From Pseudomonadota bacterium (GTDB lineage Bacteria; Desulfobacterota; Binatia; Binatales; Binataceae): a stretch of DNA of 64,000 nt. The notes below the pieces were generated by a model. The model ran no database searches. It saw nothing but the letters and a program-made list of their open reading frames with translations, and had not been told where the DNA came from. The first letter of the stretch is position 1. Every line of letters begins with the position of its first letter. Both the position numbers and the translations under genes were made by a program. Below, piece by piece: positions 1 through 9,318 of this stretch. Location of the stretch: positions 39,239 to 103,238 of the forward strand of contig JAJPJA010000159.1 in assembly GCA_021324455.1 (NCBI GenBank). Reading direction: 5' to 3'.

Positions 1-64
1 GTTCGGATCTGTCAGGGAGCAGTTTTGATGCCAACCCGGAACGGTTGGACCGATCGAAATCAAT

Positions 65-1411
65 TCAAACGCCGGCCAACGGCAGCCATACCGTGAACTC
101 GCAGCCGTCCGGCAGGTTGCGCACGGTGATCTCGCCCTTATGCAGCCGCACTATCTCCCTGCACAGGTTCAAACCCAGGCCGCTGCCGCCGGCCGCCGGC
201 GCCGCGCCGCGAAAGAAACGCTCGAAGATGTGGGGCAGGTCCGTTTGAGCAATGCCGGGTCCGGTGTCGCGCACGCGAAGCGTCGCATGCTGGTTGTCCT
301 GTTTCAGAGCCAACGCCACAATTCCGCCTTCGGGCGTGAATTTGATCGCGTTGTCGAGCAGATTGATGATCAGACGCTTGAGATGGTCGCGATTTCCGGC
401 CACCGTCAGGCCGCCCTCGCAGCTCGCCTTCAGGCTCAGATGTTTGGACTGAATCAGGGGCTCGATGGCATCGAGCACTTCGCGCGCCAGCTCGCCCAGA
501 TTGACCGCATCGCGCCGCACGTACGCCTCCTCGCTGAGCTGCGCCATGGTGAGCAATTCCTCCGCCGTCGCACACAGCGCGTTAACCTCGCGCAGGGCGG
601 ACTGGATCGCGCCGCGCAGTTCCTCCGGATCGCGCTCGCGATTGAGCGCTATTTCCAGCCCGGTGCGCAGGACCGTGAGCGGCGTGCGCAGTTCATGAGC
701 GGCGTCGGACACAAAGCGCCGCTCGACGATCGACGCGCTCTCCACCCGCTCCAGCAATGCGTTTATCGCGGCGCTCAGGCGGCCGATCTCGTCGCGCGAA
801 TTGGCAATGGCGATGCGCCGGCCGATTTCCCTGGCGTCCATACGGGCCAGTTCGGCGGCCAGCGCGGCGATCGGATCAAGCGAGCGTCCGGCCAGCCAAT
901 AGCCTCCCGCCACCGAGACCAGCAGGACGAGCGGAGTGCCCAGCAGCACAATCGCGCGCAGGCGCGCAATCGAATCGCGCACCGCGGTGGCGTCAACGCC
1001 GTCTTCCAGGACAGCGGGGCGGCCGCCGATCAGAAGCGGCATGACCGCGTACCTGAAAACGCCGTCGGCGCCCTCCACCACACCTTCGCGCGCGCCGCGC
1101 TCGGAGATCGCGGGCAAGCCCGCGCCGAGGTCGCCGGCGTCAGCCAGCACCCGGCCCGCCGCGATCAGGCGCACCCGTTTGCCGGGACCGAGATCGCGCT
1201 CGCGGCTGAGCCGCCGCACGATCGAAACCGCGCCGGAATCGTCGCTACGCGCGATCGCGCCGGCACTGGTGTCCGCCTCCTCGATCAATGCGGCGTCGAG
1301 CGCGGCCCATTGCTGGCGGCTGAAAATCGCGCACACCGCGCCCGCCGCCGCAATCACAATCGCGGCCAGTACCGCGGCCCAGTACAGGGTCAGCCTCTGC
1401 CTGATACTCAT
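65..1411 (-). CDS. two-component sensor histidine kinase (two N-terminal TM segments, HAMP, HisKA, HATPase_c)
   Basis: H-box ELRTPLTVL; N-box LLDNAIKFTPEGG; G1 DTGPGI; G2 GLGLNL; two hydrophobic N-terminal helices. Its start overlaps the stop of the downstream response regulator (ATGA at 1408-1411). Confidence 0.85.
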   Translation of the reverse strand: MSIRQRLTLYWAAVLAAIVIAAAGAVCAIFSRQQWAALDAALIEEADTSAGAIARSDDSGAVSIVRRLSRERDLGPGKRVRLIAAGRVLADAGDLGAGLPAISERGAREGVVEGADGVFRYAVMPLLIGGRPAVLEDGVDATAVRDSIARLRAIVLLGTPLVLLVSVAGGYWLAGRSLDPIAALAAELARMDAREIGRRIAIANSRDEIGRLSAAINALLERVESASIVERRFVSDAAHELRTPLTVLRTGLEIALNRERDPEELRGAIQSALREVNALCATAEELLTMAQLSEEAYVRRDAVNLGELAREVLDAIEPLIQSKHLSLKASCEGGLTVAGNRDHLKRLIINLLDNAIKFTPEGGIVALALKQDNQHATLRVRDTGPGIAQTDLPHIFERFFRGAAPAAGGSGLGLNLCREIVRLHKGEITVRNLPDGCEFTVWLPLAGV

Positions 1412-2091
1412 GCGGGGCGGCGCAGCGAGTAGCCGGCGCCGCGGACGGTTAGGATTAGGGATTCGCTCCCGGCATAGTCGATCTTCTGGCGCAGCCGGTT
1501 GACGAATACCTCGATCAGGTTGGTGAACCCGTTATAACCGGTGCCCCAGGCCACTTCGGCGATCATGTCGCGCGTCACCACTTCGCCCGCATGGCGCATC
1601 AGCAGCTCCAGCAGAATCATTTCCTTGGGCGACAGCGCCAGCTCACGCCGCGACCGCCAGGCCTTGCGCCGGATAGGGTCGAGTTCCAGGTCCGCAACTT
1701 TCAGCATCGCCGCTGGCGCCGCGCTGCGCCGCCGCGCCAGCGCTCTGACCCGCGCCAGCAGTTCAGCGAAGGCGAACGGCTTGACCAGATAGTCGTCCGC
1801 TCCCGAGTCGAGTCCCGTAACGCGTTCGCTCACCGAACCGCGCGCGGTCAGAATCAGCACCGGCGTGGTATTGCCCTGCTGGCGCAAATCGCGCAGAAAT
1901 TCCAGGCCGTCTTTGCCGGGCAGCCGCAGATCCAGCACGATCAGATCGCGGGCCCCGGCGCTCAGTTCGCGCTGCGCGGCCTCGGCGCTGGGCGCCCACG
2001 CCACCGCAAAGCCCTCCTCGGCAAGCCCGCGCCGCAGACTCTCCGCCAAACGGGCTTCGTCCTCAACCAGCAGCAGCGACAGCGGTTGCAT
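1408..2091 (-). CDS. OmpR-family DNA-binding response regulator
   Basis: Receiver motifs LLLVEDE, DLIVLDLRLPGKDGLEF and DYLVKPF; C-terminal winged-helix region ending LTVRGAGYSLR. Start taken at internal ATG (MQPLSLLLVEDE), because the ORF-track start at 2181 runs into the hairpin. Confidence 0.85.
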   Translation of the reverse strand: MQPLSLLLVEDEARLAESLRRGLAEEGFAVAWAPSAEAAQRELSAGARDLIVLDLRLPGKDGLEFLRDLRQQGNTTPVLILTARGSVSERVTGLDSGADDYLVKPFAFAELLARVRALARRRSAAPAAMLKVADLELDPIRRKAWRSRRELALSPKEMILLELLMRHAGEVVTRDMIAEVAWGTGYNGFTNLIEVFVNRLRQKIDYAGSESLILTVRGAGYSLRRPA

Positions 2092-2110
2092 GTCACGATA
2101 ATGCCACGGC

Positions 2111-2167
2111 AAGGGGTGGGGCTGAACCGGGGTCATCGGGATGACCCCCGGTTCAGCCCCACCCCTT
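2111..2167. terminator. long near-perfect palindromic hairpin (about 25-bp stem) between the cupin gene and the response-regulator gene
   Basis: ggggtggggctgaaccggggtcatc paired with gatgacccccggttcagccccacccc, read directly from the sequence. Probable intrinsic terminator for the cupin gene and/or attenuator of the two-component operon; no clean T-tract follows. Confidence 0.5.
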
Positions 2168-2202
2168 GCGTTATCCCGCAAAACAACAGCGCACGGAGGA
2201 GG

Positions 2203-2655
2203 TCAGCGCAGGGTGTGTTCGCCGCCGACTCCGCCCACGGCAATGGCGGCCATTTTAGTGGGGCGGCCGCTGCGGTTGTGCCATGCATGCATCCCGCCCA
2301 ATTGCACCACGCAGTCGCCCTGCTTCAGATGCGCCTCGGTGCGATCCTGAAAGATCAGATCGATTTCGCCTTCCAGTACGACGAGGTAATCGACGGTCGG
2401 CGTTTTATGCATCACGCCGGCGGAATCGGTCGGCGGAAATTCCACGATACGAAAGCGCGTCTCGCCCGGTTGCAGGTCCATCCGCATGCGATCGAAGCCG
2501 GGAGTGATATCCCGTTCGTTTTTCAGGTCGGGAACGGAGCCGCCGGTGGCCCAGATTTCGGTGACGGAAAAGCCGCCCTGCCCGAAGACTTTGGGCGCCG
2601 CTCCGTCGATCAGCGCGTGGGGTTGGGATTGTCCGCCGACCACTCTTCTGACCAT
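2203..2655 (-). CDS. cupin-domain protein
   Basis: Small beta-barrel protein with two His-containing cupin-like segments (HKTPTVDYLVVLEG ... GGMHAWHN). GGAGGG RBS 6 nt before the ATG at 2655. Confidence 0.6.
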   Translation of the reverse strand: MVRRVVGGQSQPHALIDGAAPKVFGQGGFSVTEIWATGGSVPDLKNERDITPGFDRMRMDLQPGETRFRIVEFPPTDSAGVMHKTPTVDYLVVLEGEIDLIFQDRTEAHLKQGDCVVQLGGMHAWHNRSGRPTKMAAIAVGGVGGEHTLR

Positions 2656-2672
2656 GATTCGCCCTCCGGCTG

Positions 2673-4081
2673 TTATTCGTCTTTCCAATCCAATTCGCGA
2701 ACATAGCGCGCGAACAGGTCGCCGCGTTCGATGTAGTCCCTGAACAGACCGAAGCTGGGCGAGGCCGGCGAATGCAGACAGATCCGGCCCGGCGGCGTGC
2801 TTCGGTATGCGATCGATACCGCCGTGCGCATATCGGATGCAACGAAGCGTCGAGGCAGTTTCCCGGCCGGGTATTCGCGCTCCATCGCCTGCCAGATGCG
2901 TTCTCCCGAGGGCGGGAACAGGATGACGGTTTCCACCGCGCTTTGCGCCAGCCGCCGCGCCAGCCCGGTCATGTCGAGCCCGCGATCGTATCCGCCCAGC
3001 AGCATCGTGGCGACGCCTTCTCCGAGCGCGTCCAAAGCGGCGATAGCCGCCTGGGGAATGGTCGCCAGCGGATCATTGTAGAAAGCAACGCCGCGGAAGC
3101 TCCCCACCTTTTCCAGCCGGTATGGCAGCGGCTTGAATGCGCGCACCGCCTGCGCGATTGCGTTGGGCGCAGCGCCGAGAACGCGCGCCGCGGTTACGGC
3201 CGCCAACACGTTGTGCAGGTTGAAACGCCCCGCCAGAGGAACCTGTTCAAGCGGCAGGATTGTCTCCGTCCGCCCGCTTTCATCGCGATAGAGCACGCGG
3301 TCCGCTTCCACCCAGCCGCCCGGACCCGGCACGCCGTCCAACCCGAATGCAAACCGCCGCGCCAGGGACGAAGCGGCAATCTCGCGCGGTATCGGATGCG
3401 TCGGGTTGTAGATCAGGAAGTCCCGCCTGGTCTGAAACCGCGTGATGTTTTGCTTGGCGCGCACGTAATTTTCGAATCCGCCGTGCAGGTCCAGATGCTC
3501 CGGCACGATGTCGAGCAGTACCGCGGCGTGCGGGCTCAGGCTGATACCGTCGAGCTGGTAGCTGGACAGCTCCAGAACCAGATAGCTGCCGCGGCCGGCG
3601 GTGCGCAAAAGGCTCAGCGGCGGCACGCCGATGTTGCCTGCCAGGTGCGAATCGAGACCGCCGGCTTTAAGTATCGCATGAATCAGCGACGCCGTAGTGC
3701 TCTTGCCCTTGGTGCCGGTGATGCCAACGGTTGTCCCCACGCAGTTGGCCAGGAAGATTTCGATATGCGAGGTGACCCGCGCGCCCGCTCCGATGGCCTG
3801 CCGGATCGCCGGCGTGATCAGGGGCACTCCGGGCGACCTGACGATCACTTCGTACTGCCGCAGACACTGCAGGTAATTCTCGCCAAGATGGGCGGCCAGA
3901 TTGCGGTCGTGCGCGATGGCGCCGCGCACTTCAGGCGCGAGCCGATCGGCCTCCAGACGATCGGCGACGCCGATCATGCGGTCAGGAAATTCGGCGCGCA
4001 GGAAACGATAGGTCTCCAGTCCCTCGCGCCCCATCCCCAAAATCACAATCCGGCTGCGCCCCAGAACATCGAGCTTCATCG
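2673..4081 (-). CDS. Mur ligase family protein, MurD-like (UDP-N-acetylmuramoyl-L-alanine--glutamate ligase paralog)
   Basis: N-terminal Rossmann region IVILGMGREG; P-loop GITGTKGKSTT; C-terminal FYNDPLATIPQAAIAAL resembling the MurD FINDSKATN motif. The ORF-track N-terminus is an Arg-rich overprint; the real start is the ATG at 4079, overlapping the upstream stop (ATGA). Confidence 0.8.
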
Positions 4082-5458
4082 GATGGAGAGCTGCCCTTTG
4101 AGCAGCGCCGCGTAGTGCGGCGGCAGGTAATGATTGTCGCTCCACGCGGATAGAATCGAATGCGAGAGCGCGTCGAGGTTGTCTTGCGCGATCATTTCGC
4201 GTTCGACGGCGGCCAGCACAGGCGTTAGCGGCTCGCCGCGCTCCCGCCGCCGCTTGACGCCCAGATGCAGCCCGGCCAGGGTCTCCTCCCGCGTGCCGAC
4301 GCATTCGAACGGTTTCGGTCCGCCGGTTCCCAGCAGCGCGCGTATCAGCGCGATCGCGTGGTCCTGATCGAACAGGTCGCGGCCGAAGATCGCGCGCATC
4401 GCATCCAGCGGCAGGAACGGCGACAGCGAGATGAATACTGACAGGCACTTGGGGCAGCTGCCGCACCATGCGCCTTGATTCTGCGCGCGATTGCAGCTGC
4501 GGAAGGCATGGAAATACTCGCCGCACCCGGCAAACAGCCGGCACACCTGGATTTCGAACAGCGGCCGGAGCAGGCTGAAATAGCCGATCCCCGGAGCCAG
4601 GTGCCTTTCGGCATAGGCGCGCATCGCGGTCTCGAACGCGAAGGTCTTGGAATACTGATGGTTGATCTCGGCGCCGAGGAATTCCACGTTGCCCTCATCC
4701 GCGCTGCGTTCATTGGAGACCACCACGCGGTCGTAGTCGAAAATCATCGCGCAGCTCAGGCCTAAAATCGCCAGCAGCGCCGAGAACGGCGTATGTCCAT
4801 TGAGATAGCCGCGGCCATTGAGCTCCAGCAGGGCCGGATCGAGGGTGCGCCGCACGATGATCGGCCGCGCGCAGCCGCCGATTGCCGCGACCTCAAGCGC
4901 CGCCGGCAGCGGGTTGAGCATCAGGCAGTCGAACTGCTCGCCCAATTCGCGCAGCTCGTGCAGCGTCAAGGCGGAGTCTTTGCCGCCGCTGACCATCACC
5001 AGGGTGCGGCGTGCGCGCCGTCCGGACGGCGGCGGAGCGGCGCGCCGGCGGGGGGTGGGCGCGGCAATATTCAGATAGCCGGCCGGCCTGAAATCTATCC
5101 GGTTGACGTAAAAAAATTCCCCCATCCCCCGCAGCCACACCTCCCGCCACCACTGGATTTGCCAATCATCCAAAGCACCCGCCTCGATCAGCACATCGCG
5201 CGGACAGGCGGCCTTCCAGTAGCTGAGCATCTCGACCATCCCGAGATGGAAGGCGAGGCGCTCGACGACCGCGGGATCGAGGTCGTCGATGCGCGATCGG
5301 TCGATCGACTCGATTACGATCCCGGGCGTGAAGATCAGGTCTGGCTCGAGCTCGAAGCAAAACGCGATCCTGAGGCGGTTGGCGGTCCGCTCCAGGGCAT
5401 AACTGCGGTAAATGAAGCGCGGATGCCTGCGCCGCAGTTCCTCGGCCGTGAACTTCAT
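4076..5458 (-). CDS. PP-loop (SGGxDS) ATP pyrophosphatase family protein with C-terminal Cys cluster (CxxC ... CGSCPKC)
   Basis: VMVSGGKDS PP-loop motif, as in TilS/QueC/MnmA-type adenylating enzymes, and a CGSCPKC zinc-ribbon-like motif. Translationally coupled to the MurD-like gene. Start ambiguous: ATG at 5458 or TTG at 5494. Confidence 0.7.
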   Translation of the reverse strand: MKFTAEELRRRHPRFIYRSYALERTANRLRIAFCFELEPDLIFTPGIVIESIDRSRIDDLDPAVVERLAFHLGMVEMLSYWKAACPRDVLIEAGALDDWQIQWWREVWLRGMGEFFYVNRIDFRPAGYLNIAAPTPRRRAAPPPSGRRARRTLVMVSGGKDSALTLHELRELGEQFDCLMLNPLPAALEVAAIGGCARPIIVRRTLDPALLELNGRGYLNGHTPFSALLAILGLSCAMIFDYDRVVVSNERSADEGNVEFLGAEINHQYSKTFAFETAMRAYAERHLAPGIGYFSLLRPLFEIQVCRLFAGCGEYFHAFRSCNRAQNQGAWCGSCPKCLSVFISLSPFLPLDAMRAIFGRDLFDQDHAIALIRALLGTGGPKPFECVGTREETLAGLHLGVKRRRERGEPLTPVLAAVEREMIAQDNLDALSHSILSAWSDNHYLPPHYAALLKGQLSIR

Positions 5459-5494
5459 GAATTTTCGACCCGCACCGGCGCGCTCGGCGGGCAA

Positions 5495-6715
5495 TCAGTT
5501 GCGCAGGATGACCGCGCTGCCCTGGTTCTCGAACGCCCACCCCAGGCAGGCTGCGATATGACCGTCCTTGACCTGGCGGCATCCTTTGGAGCGATCATAG
5601 GTGTGCTTGCCTTCGGCCCAGTTGGGACAGTAGTCGTCCGCGCGATGGCGGAGCTGGCGCACGTTTTCGATCACCATCGCGATGCCATGCGTGTAGCCCT
5701 CCGACAGATGCCCGCCGGAGAGGTTTGACGGCAGCCGCCCGTCAATCTTGAGCGCGCCATCCTTGACGAAATCCCCCGCCTCGCCGTAGCCGCAGAAACC
5801 ATACGCTTCGAGATTGATCAGGCTGGTGAAGGTGAAGGCGTCGTAGGCGGAGACAAAGTCAATGTCTTTCTGGCTGACCCCGGCCATCCCGAACAGCCGC
5901 TGGCGCCCGTAGTTGCCGGCGACGTAATGAATCACCGGGCGCGAATAGTTCCACATCGGATTGTCCGTGGTCATGCGCGCGATGCCGCCCATGATATAGA
6001 CCGGCGGCTGGCGCAGGTCGTACGCGCGTTCGCGCGAGGTGATGATGAGCGCGGCGGCGACGTCGGTTTCAAGACAGCAGTCGAGCAGGCGGAAGGGCTT
6101 GGAGACCCATCGCGAGCGATGATGATCCTCCTTCGTGATCGGCTTGCGCATGATCGCCTTGGGATTGAGCGTGGCGTGGTAGCGATGGGCCACGGCGACT
6201 TCGGCGAACGCATCCGTGGTGTTGCCGGTGTCATGCAGCCAGCGCATCGCCGACATGCCGAAGCGCTGCGCCGGCGTGGTCCATCCGACGGTCATGTTGA
6301 ACTGGCCGTCGCCGGCGGCGGGGGCCTGGCGCACGGGGCCGCCGGGGCTCTGCCCGCCCATCCGCCGGTTCGACCTTCCGTTCATGGAGCGGAACACCAC
6401 GATGGTGTGGCAGCATCCGGCTTCCAGCAACCCGATACATTTCATGATCAGGGCTTCGGTGCTGGAGCCGCCGCCCATGATATCGACCGAGTAGTTCAGC
6501 CGGATGCCGAGCGCGGTCGCGATATGGTTGGAGCTGGTGGAATCCATCGCCTGGTAACTGGTCATGCCGTCGATATCGCGCGGCTGCAGACCGGCGTCGG
6601 CCATCGCCTTGAGCACCGCCTCGCAGCCCATCGACAGCGTGGTCCGGTTGGACGGCCGCATGTGGGGCGTTTCTCCCACGCCCACGATGCAGTACTTGTC
6701 AGTCAGTGTTCCCAT
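5495..6715 (-). CDS. thiolase-like protein, SCP-x / nonspecific lipid-transfer-protein type
   Basis: Thiolase fold with N-terminal CIVGVGETP, catalytic-Cys region and C-terminal GGHLSEGYTHG. It resembles the SCP-x thiolase at 57140 more than a degradative thiolase. Confidence 0.7.
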   Translation of the reverse strand: MGTLTDKYCIVGVGETPHMRPSNRTTLSMGCEAVLKAMADAGLQPRDIDGMTSYQAMDSTSSNHIATALGIRLNYSVDIMGGGSSTEALIMKCIGLLEAGCCHTIVVFRSMNGRSNRRMGGQSPGGPVRQAPAAGDGQFNMTVGWTTPAQRFGMSAMRWLHDTGNTTDAFAEVAVAHRYHATLNPKAIMRKPITKEDHHRSRWVSKPFRLLDCCLETDVAAALIITSRERAYDLRQPPVYIMGGIARMTTDNPMWNYSRPVIHYVAGNYGRQRLFGMAGVSQKDIDFVSAYDAFTFTSLINLEAYGFCGYGEAGDFVKDGALKIDGRLPSNLSGGHLSEGYTHGIAMVIENVRQLRHRADDYCPNWAEGKHTYDRSKGCRQVKDGHIAACLGWAFENQGSAVILRN

Positions 6716-6898
6716 CGTTTCCTCCCGCTCCGGATGCCTTGCAATCGCTTCTGAAAACCGTTTATGCCACGATTTGCCGCGGCTTTCGGCGCAACGCCCG
6801 CAGCCGTCTTCGCGGACGGCGCCGCGATGTTCTGGTATAACCTCTTTTATGGGCGATTAGAAAGTACGGGACGCAAAAACTTCGCCGAGGAATCTGAA

Positions 6899-7255
6899 AT
6901 GGCGGACCTGCTCAGAGAGAAATGCGTAGCATGCCGGCGCGATTCGCCGCGCGTCACCGAGGCCGAAATGAAAGAGCTGGGCGCGGCGATTCCGAAATGG
7001 CAGGTAATCGAACGCGACGGAATCCCACGCCTGGAGCGGATTTTCACATTCCCCGATTTTGCCGGGGCGATCGCCTTCACCAACCGCGTGGCCGCGATCG
7101 CCGAAGAGGAGGGGCATCATCCGGCTCTGCTGACCGAATGGGGCCGGGTCGCGGTAACCTGGTGGACGCACAAGATCCGCGGCCTGCATCGCAACGACTT
7201 CATCATGGCGGCAAAGACCGATGCGATCGCGCGCCAGGCGGGGGTCGAGTCGTAA
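6899..7255 (+). CDS. phhB: pterin-4a-carbinolamine dehydratase (PCD/DCoH family)
   Basis: Signature E-E-G-H-H-P followed by conserved W and H ([24 protein letters not shown]). GAGGAA RBS 7 nt before the ATG at 6899; the longer ORF-track N-terminus is unlikely. Confidence 0.8.
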   Translation: MADLLREKCVACRRDSPRVTEAEMKELGAAIPKWQVIERDGIPRLERIFTFPDFAGAIAFTNRVAAIAEEEGHHPALLTEWGRVAVTWWTHKIRGLHRNDFIMAAKTDAIARQAGVES

Positions 7256-7332
7256 CCTTATTTCAGAAGGCGCGCACCCCGGCGTGCGTGCGGCCGCGCA
7301 CCGACAGGAGTTCCACGCTGCAGGAGACCGGA

Positions 7333-7409
7333 TGGTGGCGGCGGTAGGACTTGAACCTACGACTCCGCGGATATGAGCCGCGTGCTCTAACCAACTGAGC
7401 TACGCCGCC
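7333..7409 (-). tRNA. tRNA-Met (anticodon CAT; elongator-type acceptor stem, could also be tRNA-Ile2 if lysidinylated)
   Basis: The reverse complement folds as a 77-nt cloverleaf GGCGGCG-TAGCTCAGTTGGTTAGAGCA-CGCGG-CTCATAT-CCGCG-...-GGTTCAAGTCC-...-CGCCGCC-ACCA, with 1:72 G-C paired, so it is not an initiator. Confidence 0.85.
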
Positions 7410-7454
7410 ACTGGACAGGACAGATTAGCTGGGGGCCGCGGCGGACGAAAGGGG

Positions 7455-8165
7455 CTAGCGCAGCGCCTTGATTCGATGGCTGCTCACCTTTCTGCTGCCG
7501 CGATTGACCTGGTAGCATCGGCCTTCGGTAAATTCGACGCAGCTCAACTTGCCGCCGTAAACCAGACCCGTGTCGAGCCCGATCTTGTACGGCAGATCCA
7601 GCATCACATCGCGCATCGGGGTATGGCCGAAGATCACCGTATGGCCCAGGTCATGCGGATTGGCGATGAATTCCTGGCGAATCCACAGCATGTCTTCCGC
7701 CTCCTGGTCCTCCAGCGCGCGCAGCGGATGCACGCCGGCGTGGACGAACAGGTAGGGCGGCCGCAGGTAGCTGGTCTCCAGCTTCTGCAGGAAATCGACA
7801 TGGCCGTGCGGCAGTAGCGCCAGCGCCTGGTCGAGATTGGATTCGTCGATATCGTAGCTCGCCATGGTGGCGAAGCCGCCGTTGAACAGGAAGGATTCGC
7901 CATAATGCCCCGGCATCCCGAGGAACGACAGCATCATGTCCTCGTGGTTGCCCTTGAGGAACACGGTATTCGGGTTGTACTGCTTGAATTCAATCAGCAG
8001 GTCGATAACGTCGCGCGCCGACGGTCCGCGATCGACGTAATCGCCGACGAAGATCACGGTATCGCCCGGACCCGCCTCGATCGCGCGCAGCAAAGCATCG
8101 AGCTCCTGCGGGCATCCGTGGATATCGCCGATGGCGAAGACGCGATCTTCCCTTCTCCACGCCAT
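7455..8165 (-). CDS. metallophosphoesterase, PPP-family Ser/Thr phosphatase / ApaH-like
   Basis: GDIHGCPQEL, GDYVDRGPSARD, GNHEDMML and VIFGHTP metal-ligand motifs. Start at the internal ATG at 8165, 1 nt after the meaB stop. Confidence 0.8.
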   Translation of the reverse strand: MAWRREDRVFAIGDIHGCPQELDALLRAIEAGPGDTVIFVGDYVDRGPSARDVIDLLIEFKQYNPNTVFLKGNHEDMMLSFLGMPGHYGESFLFNGGFATMASYDIDESNLDQALALLPHGHVDFLQKLETSYLRPPYLFVHAGVHPLRALEDQEAEDMLWIRQEFIANPHDLGHTVIFGHTPMRDVMLDLPYKIGLDTGLVYGGKLSCVEFTEGRCYQVNRGSRKVSSHRIKALR

Positions 8166-8166
8166 G

Positions 8167-9159
8167 TCAGCAGTCTCCCCCGGATTTGCTGAGCAGCGCG
8201 CCGAGCGCCGACGGGTCGTCCAGCAGCATCCGCGCGGCGGCGTAAGGGTTGAGCTTGCCCGCACTGACCGATTCCATGATCTCGTGCGCGCGTCCGTTGC
8301 TCATCGCGTTGCGGGTGCGCTCCTCGATTTGGCCGGTGAGGATTTCGATGAACTCATGGGCGCGATGCTGCCGCTGCGCCTGCGGGTCGGTGTGTTCGCG
8401 CAGATATTCACGATGCTTGTCCAGCTGCGCCACCAGCGCTTCGACTCCGCGGTCATTGGCGGCCTGCGTCAGCAGCACCGGCGGACGCCATCCGTTATCC
8501 GCGCGCAGATGCACGTTGAGCTCGAGCTCGGCCTTGACCCGATCGGCGCCGTCGCGGTCGGCCTTGTTGACCACGAAAATATCGGCAATCTCGTTGAGCC
8601 CGGCCTTCATTATCTGGATACCGTCGCCGCCTTCGGGCACCGTCACCACGACCGTGGTGTGCGCCAGATCCATTATGTCCAGTTCGGTCTGTCCGACCCC
8701 CGCGGTTTCGACGATGATGACGTCGAATTTGAACGCCTCGAGCAGGATGACGATCTGGCGGGCGGCGCGGCTCAGTCCGCCATGGCTGCCGCGCGTGGAC
8801 AGGCTGCGGATGTAGACTCCGGGGTCGGCGTAATGGTCGCCCATGCGCACGCGGTCGCCGAGCACGGCGCCGCCGGAAAACGGGCTGGACGGATCGATGG
8901 CCAGCACCGCGACCTGCTGCTTGCGCGCGCGCAGCCTGTTCACCAGGCGGTCGATCAGCGTTGACTTGCCGGCTCCAGGCGGTCCGGTGACGCCGACGAC
9001 GTGGGCCTGAGCGGCGGGATTGTAGAGCCGCTCCATTACCCGGGCCACGCTGGGATGGCGATTTTCCACCAGCGTAATCAGGCGGGCCAACGCCAGCCGG
9101 TCGCCCGCGGCGAAACGGCCCAGCAGCTGCTCGAGCCGGTTGGTGCTTGCATCGCTCAT
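8167..9159 (-). CDS. meaB: methylmalonyl-CoA mutase-associated G-protein MeaB / ArgK family GTPase
   Basis: P-loop GVTGPPGAGKST; switch and base-specificity motifs ETAGVGQ and NKADRDGA; characteristic C-terminal dimerisation region. Confidence 0.85.
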   Translation of the reverse strand: MSDASTNRLEQLLGRFAAGDRLALARLITLVENRHPSVARVMERLYNPAAQAHVVGVTGPPGAGKSTLIDRLVNRLRARKQQVAVLAIDPSSPFSGGAVLGDRVRMGDHYADPGVYIRSLSTRGSHGGLSRAARQIVILLEAFKFDVIIVETAGVGQTELDIMDLAHTTVVVTVPEGGDGIQIMKAGLNEIADIFVVNKADRDGADRVKAELELNVHLRADNGWRPPVLLTQAANDRGVEALVAQLDKHREYLREHTDPQAQRQHRAHEFIEILTGQIEERTRNAMSNGRAHEIMESVSAGKLNPYAAARMLLDDPSALGALLSKSGGDC

Positions 9160-9318
9160 TGAGGTATTAAGGTTAGCCGAAATGCCGATCCAAGTGTATC
9201 ACAACCGGCTCAATCAGACTCGCACAGGATCGGAAGGGAAACAAATCCGGAAGCTGGCTGTTGATTTACGTTGGGCCGGCGTGTTGTTTTTGTCCCGAGC
9301 GCTTCGTATGGTGCGTTC

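Noticed and set aside
140-1432. 430-aa ORF on the plus strand
   Set aside because: Antisense to the sensor histidine kinase; low-complexity Ala/Arg-rich product.
2673-4544. 623-aa ORF-track call for the Mur ligase gene
   Set aside because: The N-terminal 155 residues are an Arg-rich overprint of the upstream PP-loop gene. The conserved MurD N-terminus begins at the internal ATG at 4079, whose codon overlaps the upstream stop.
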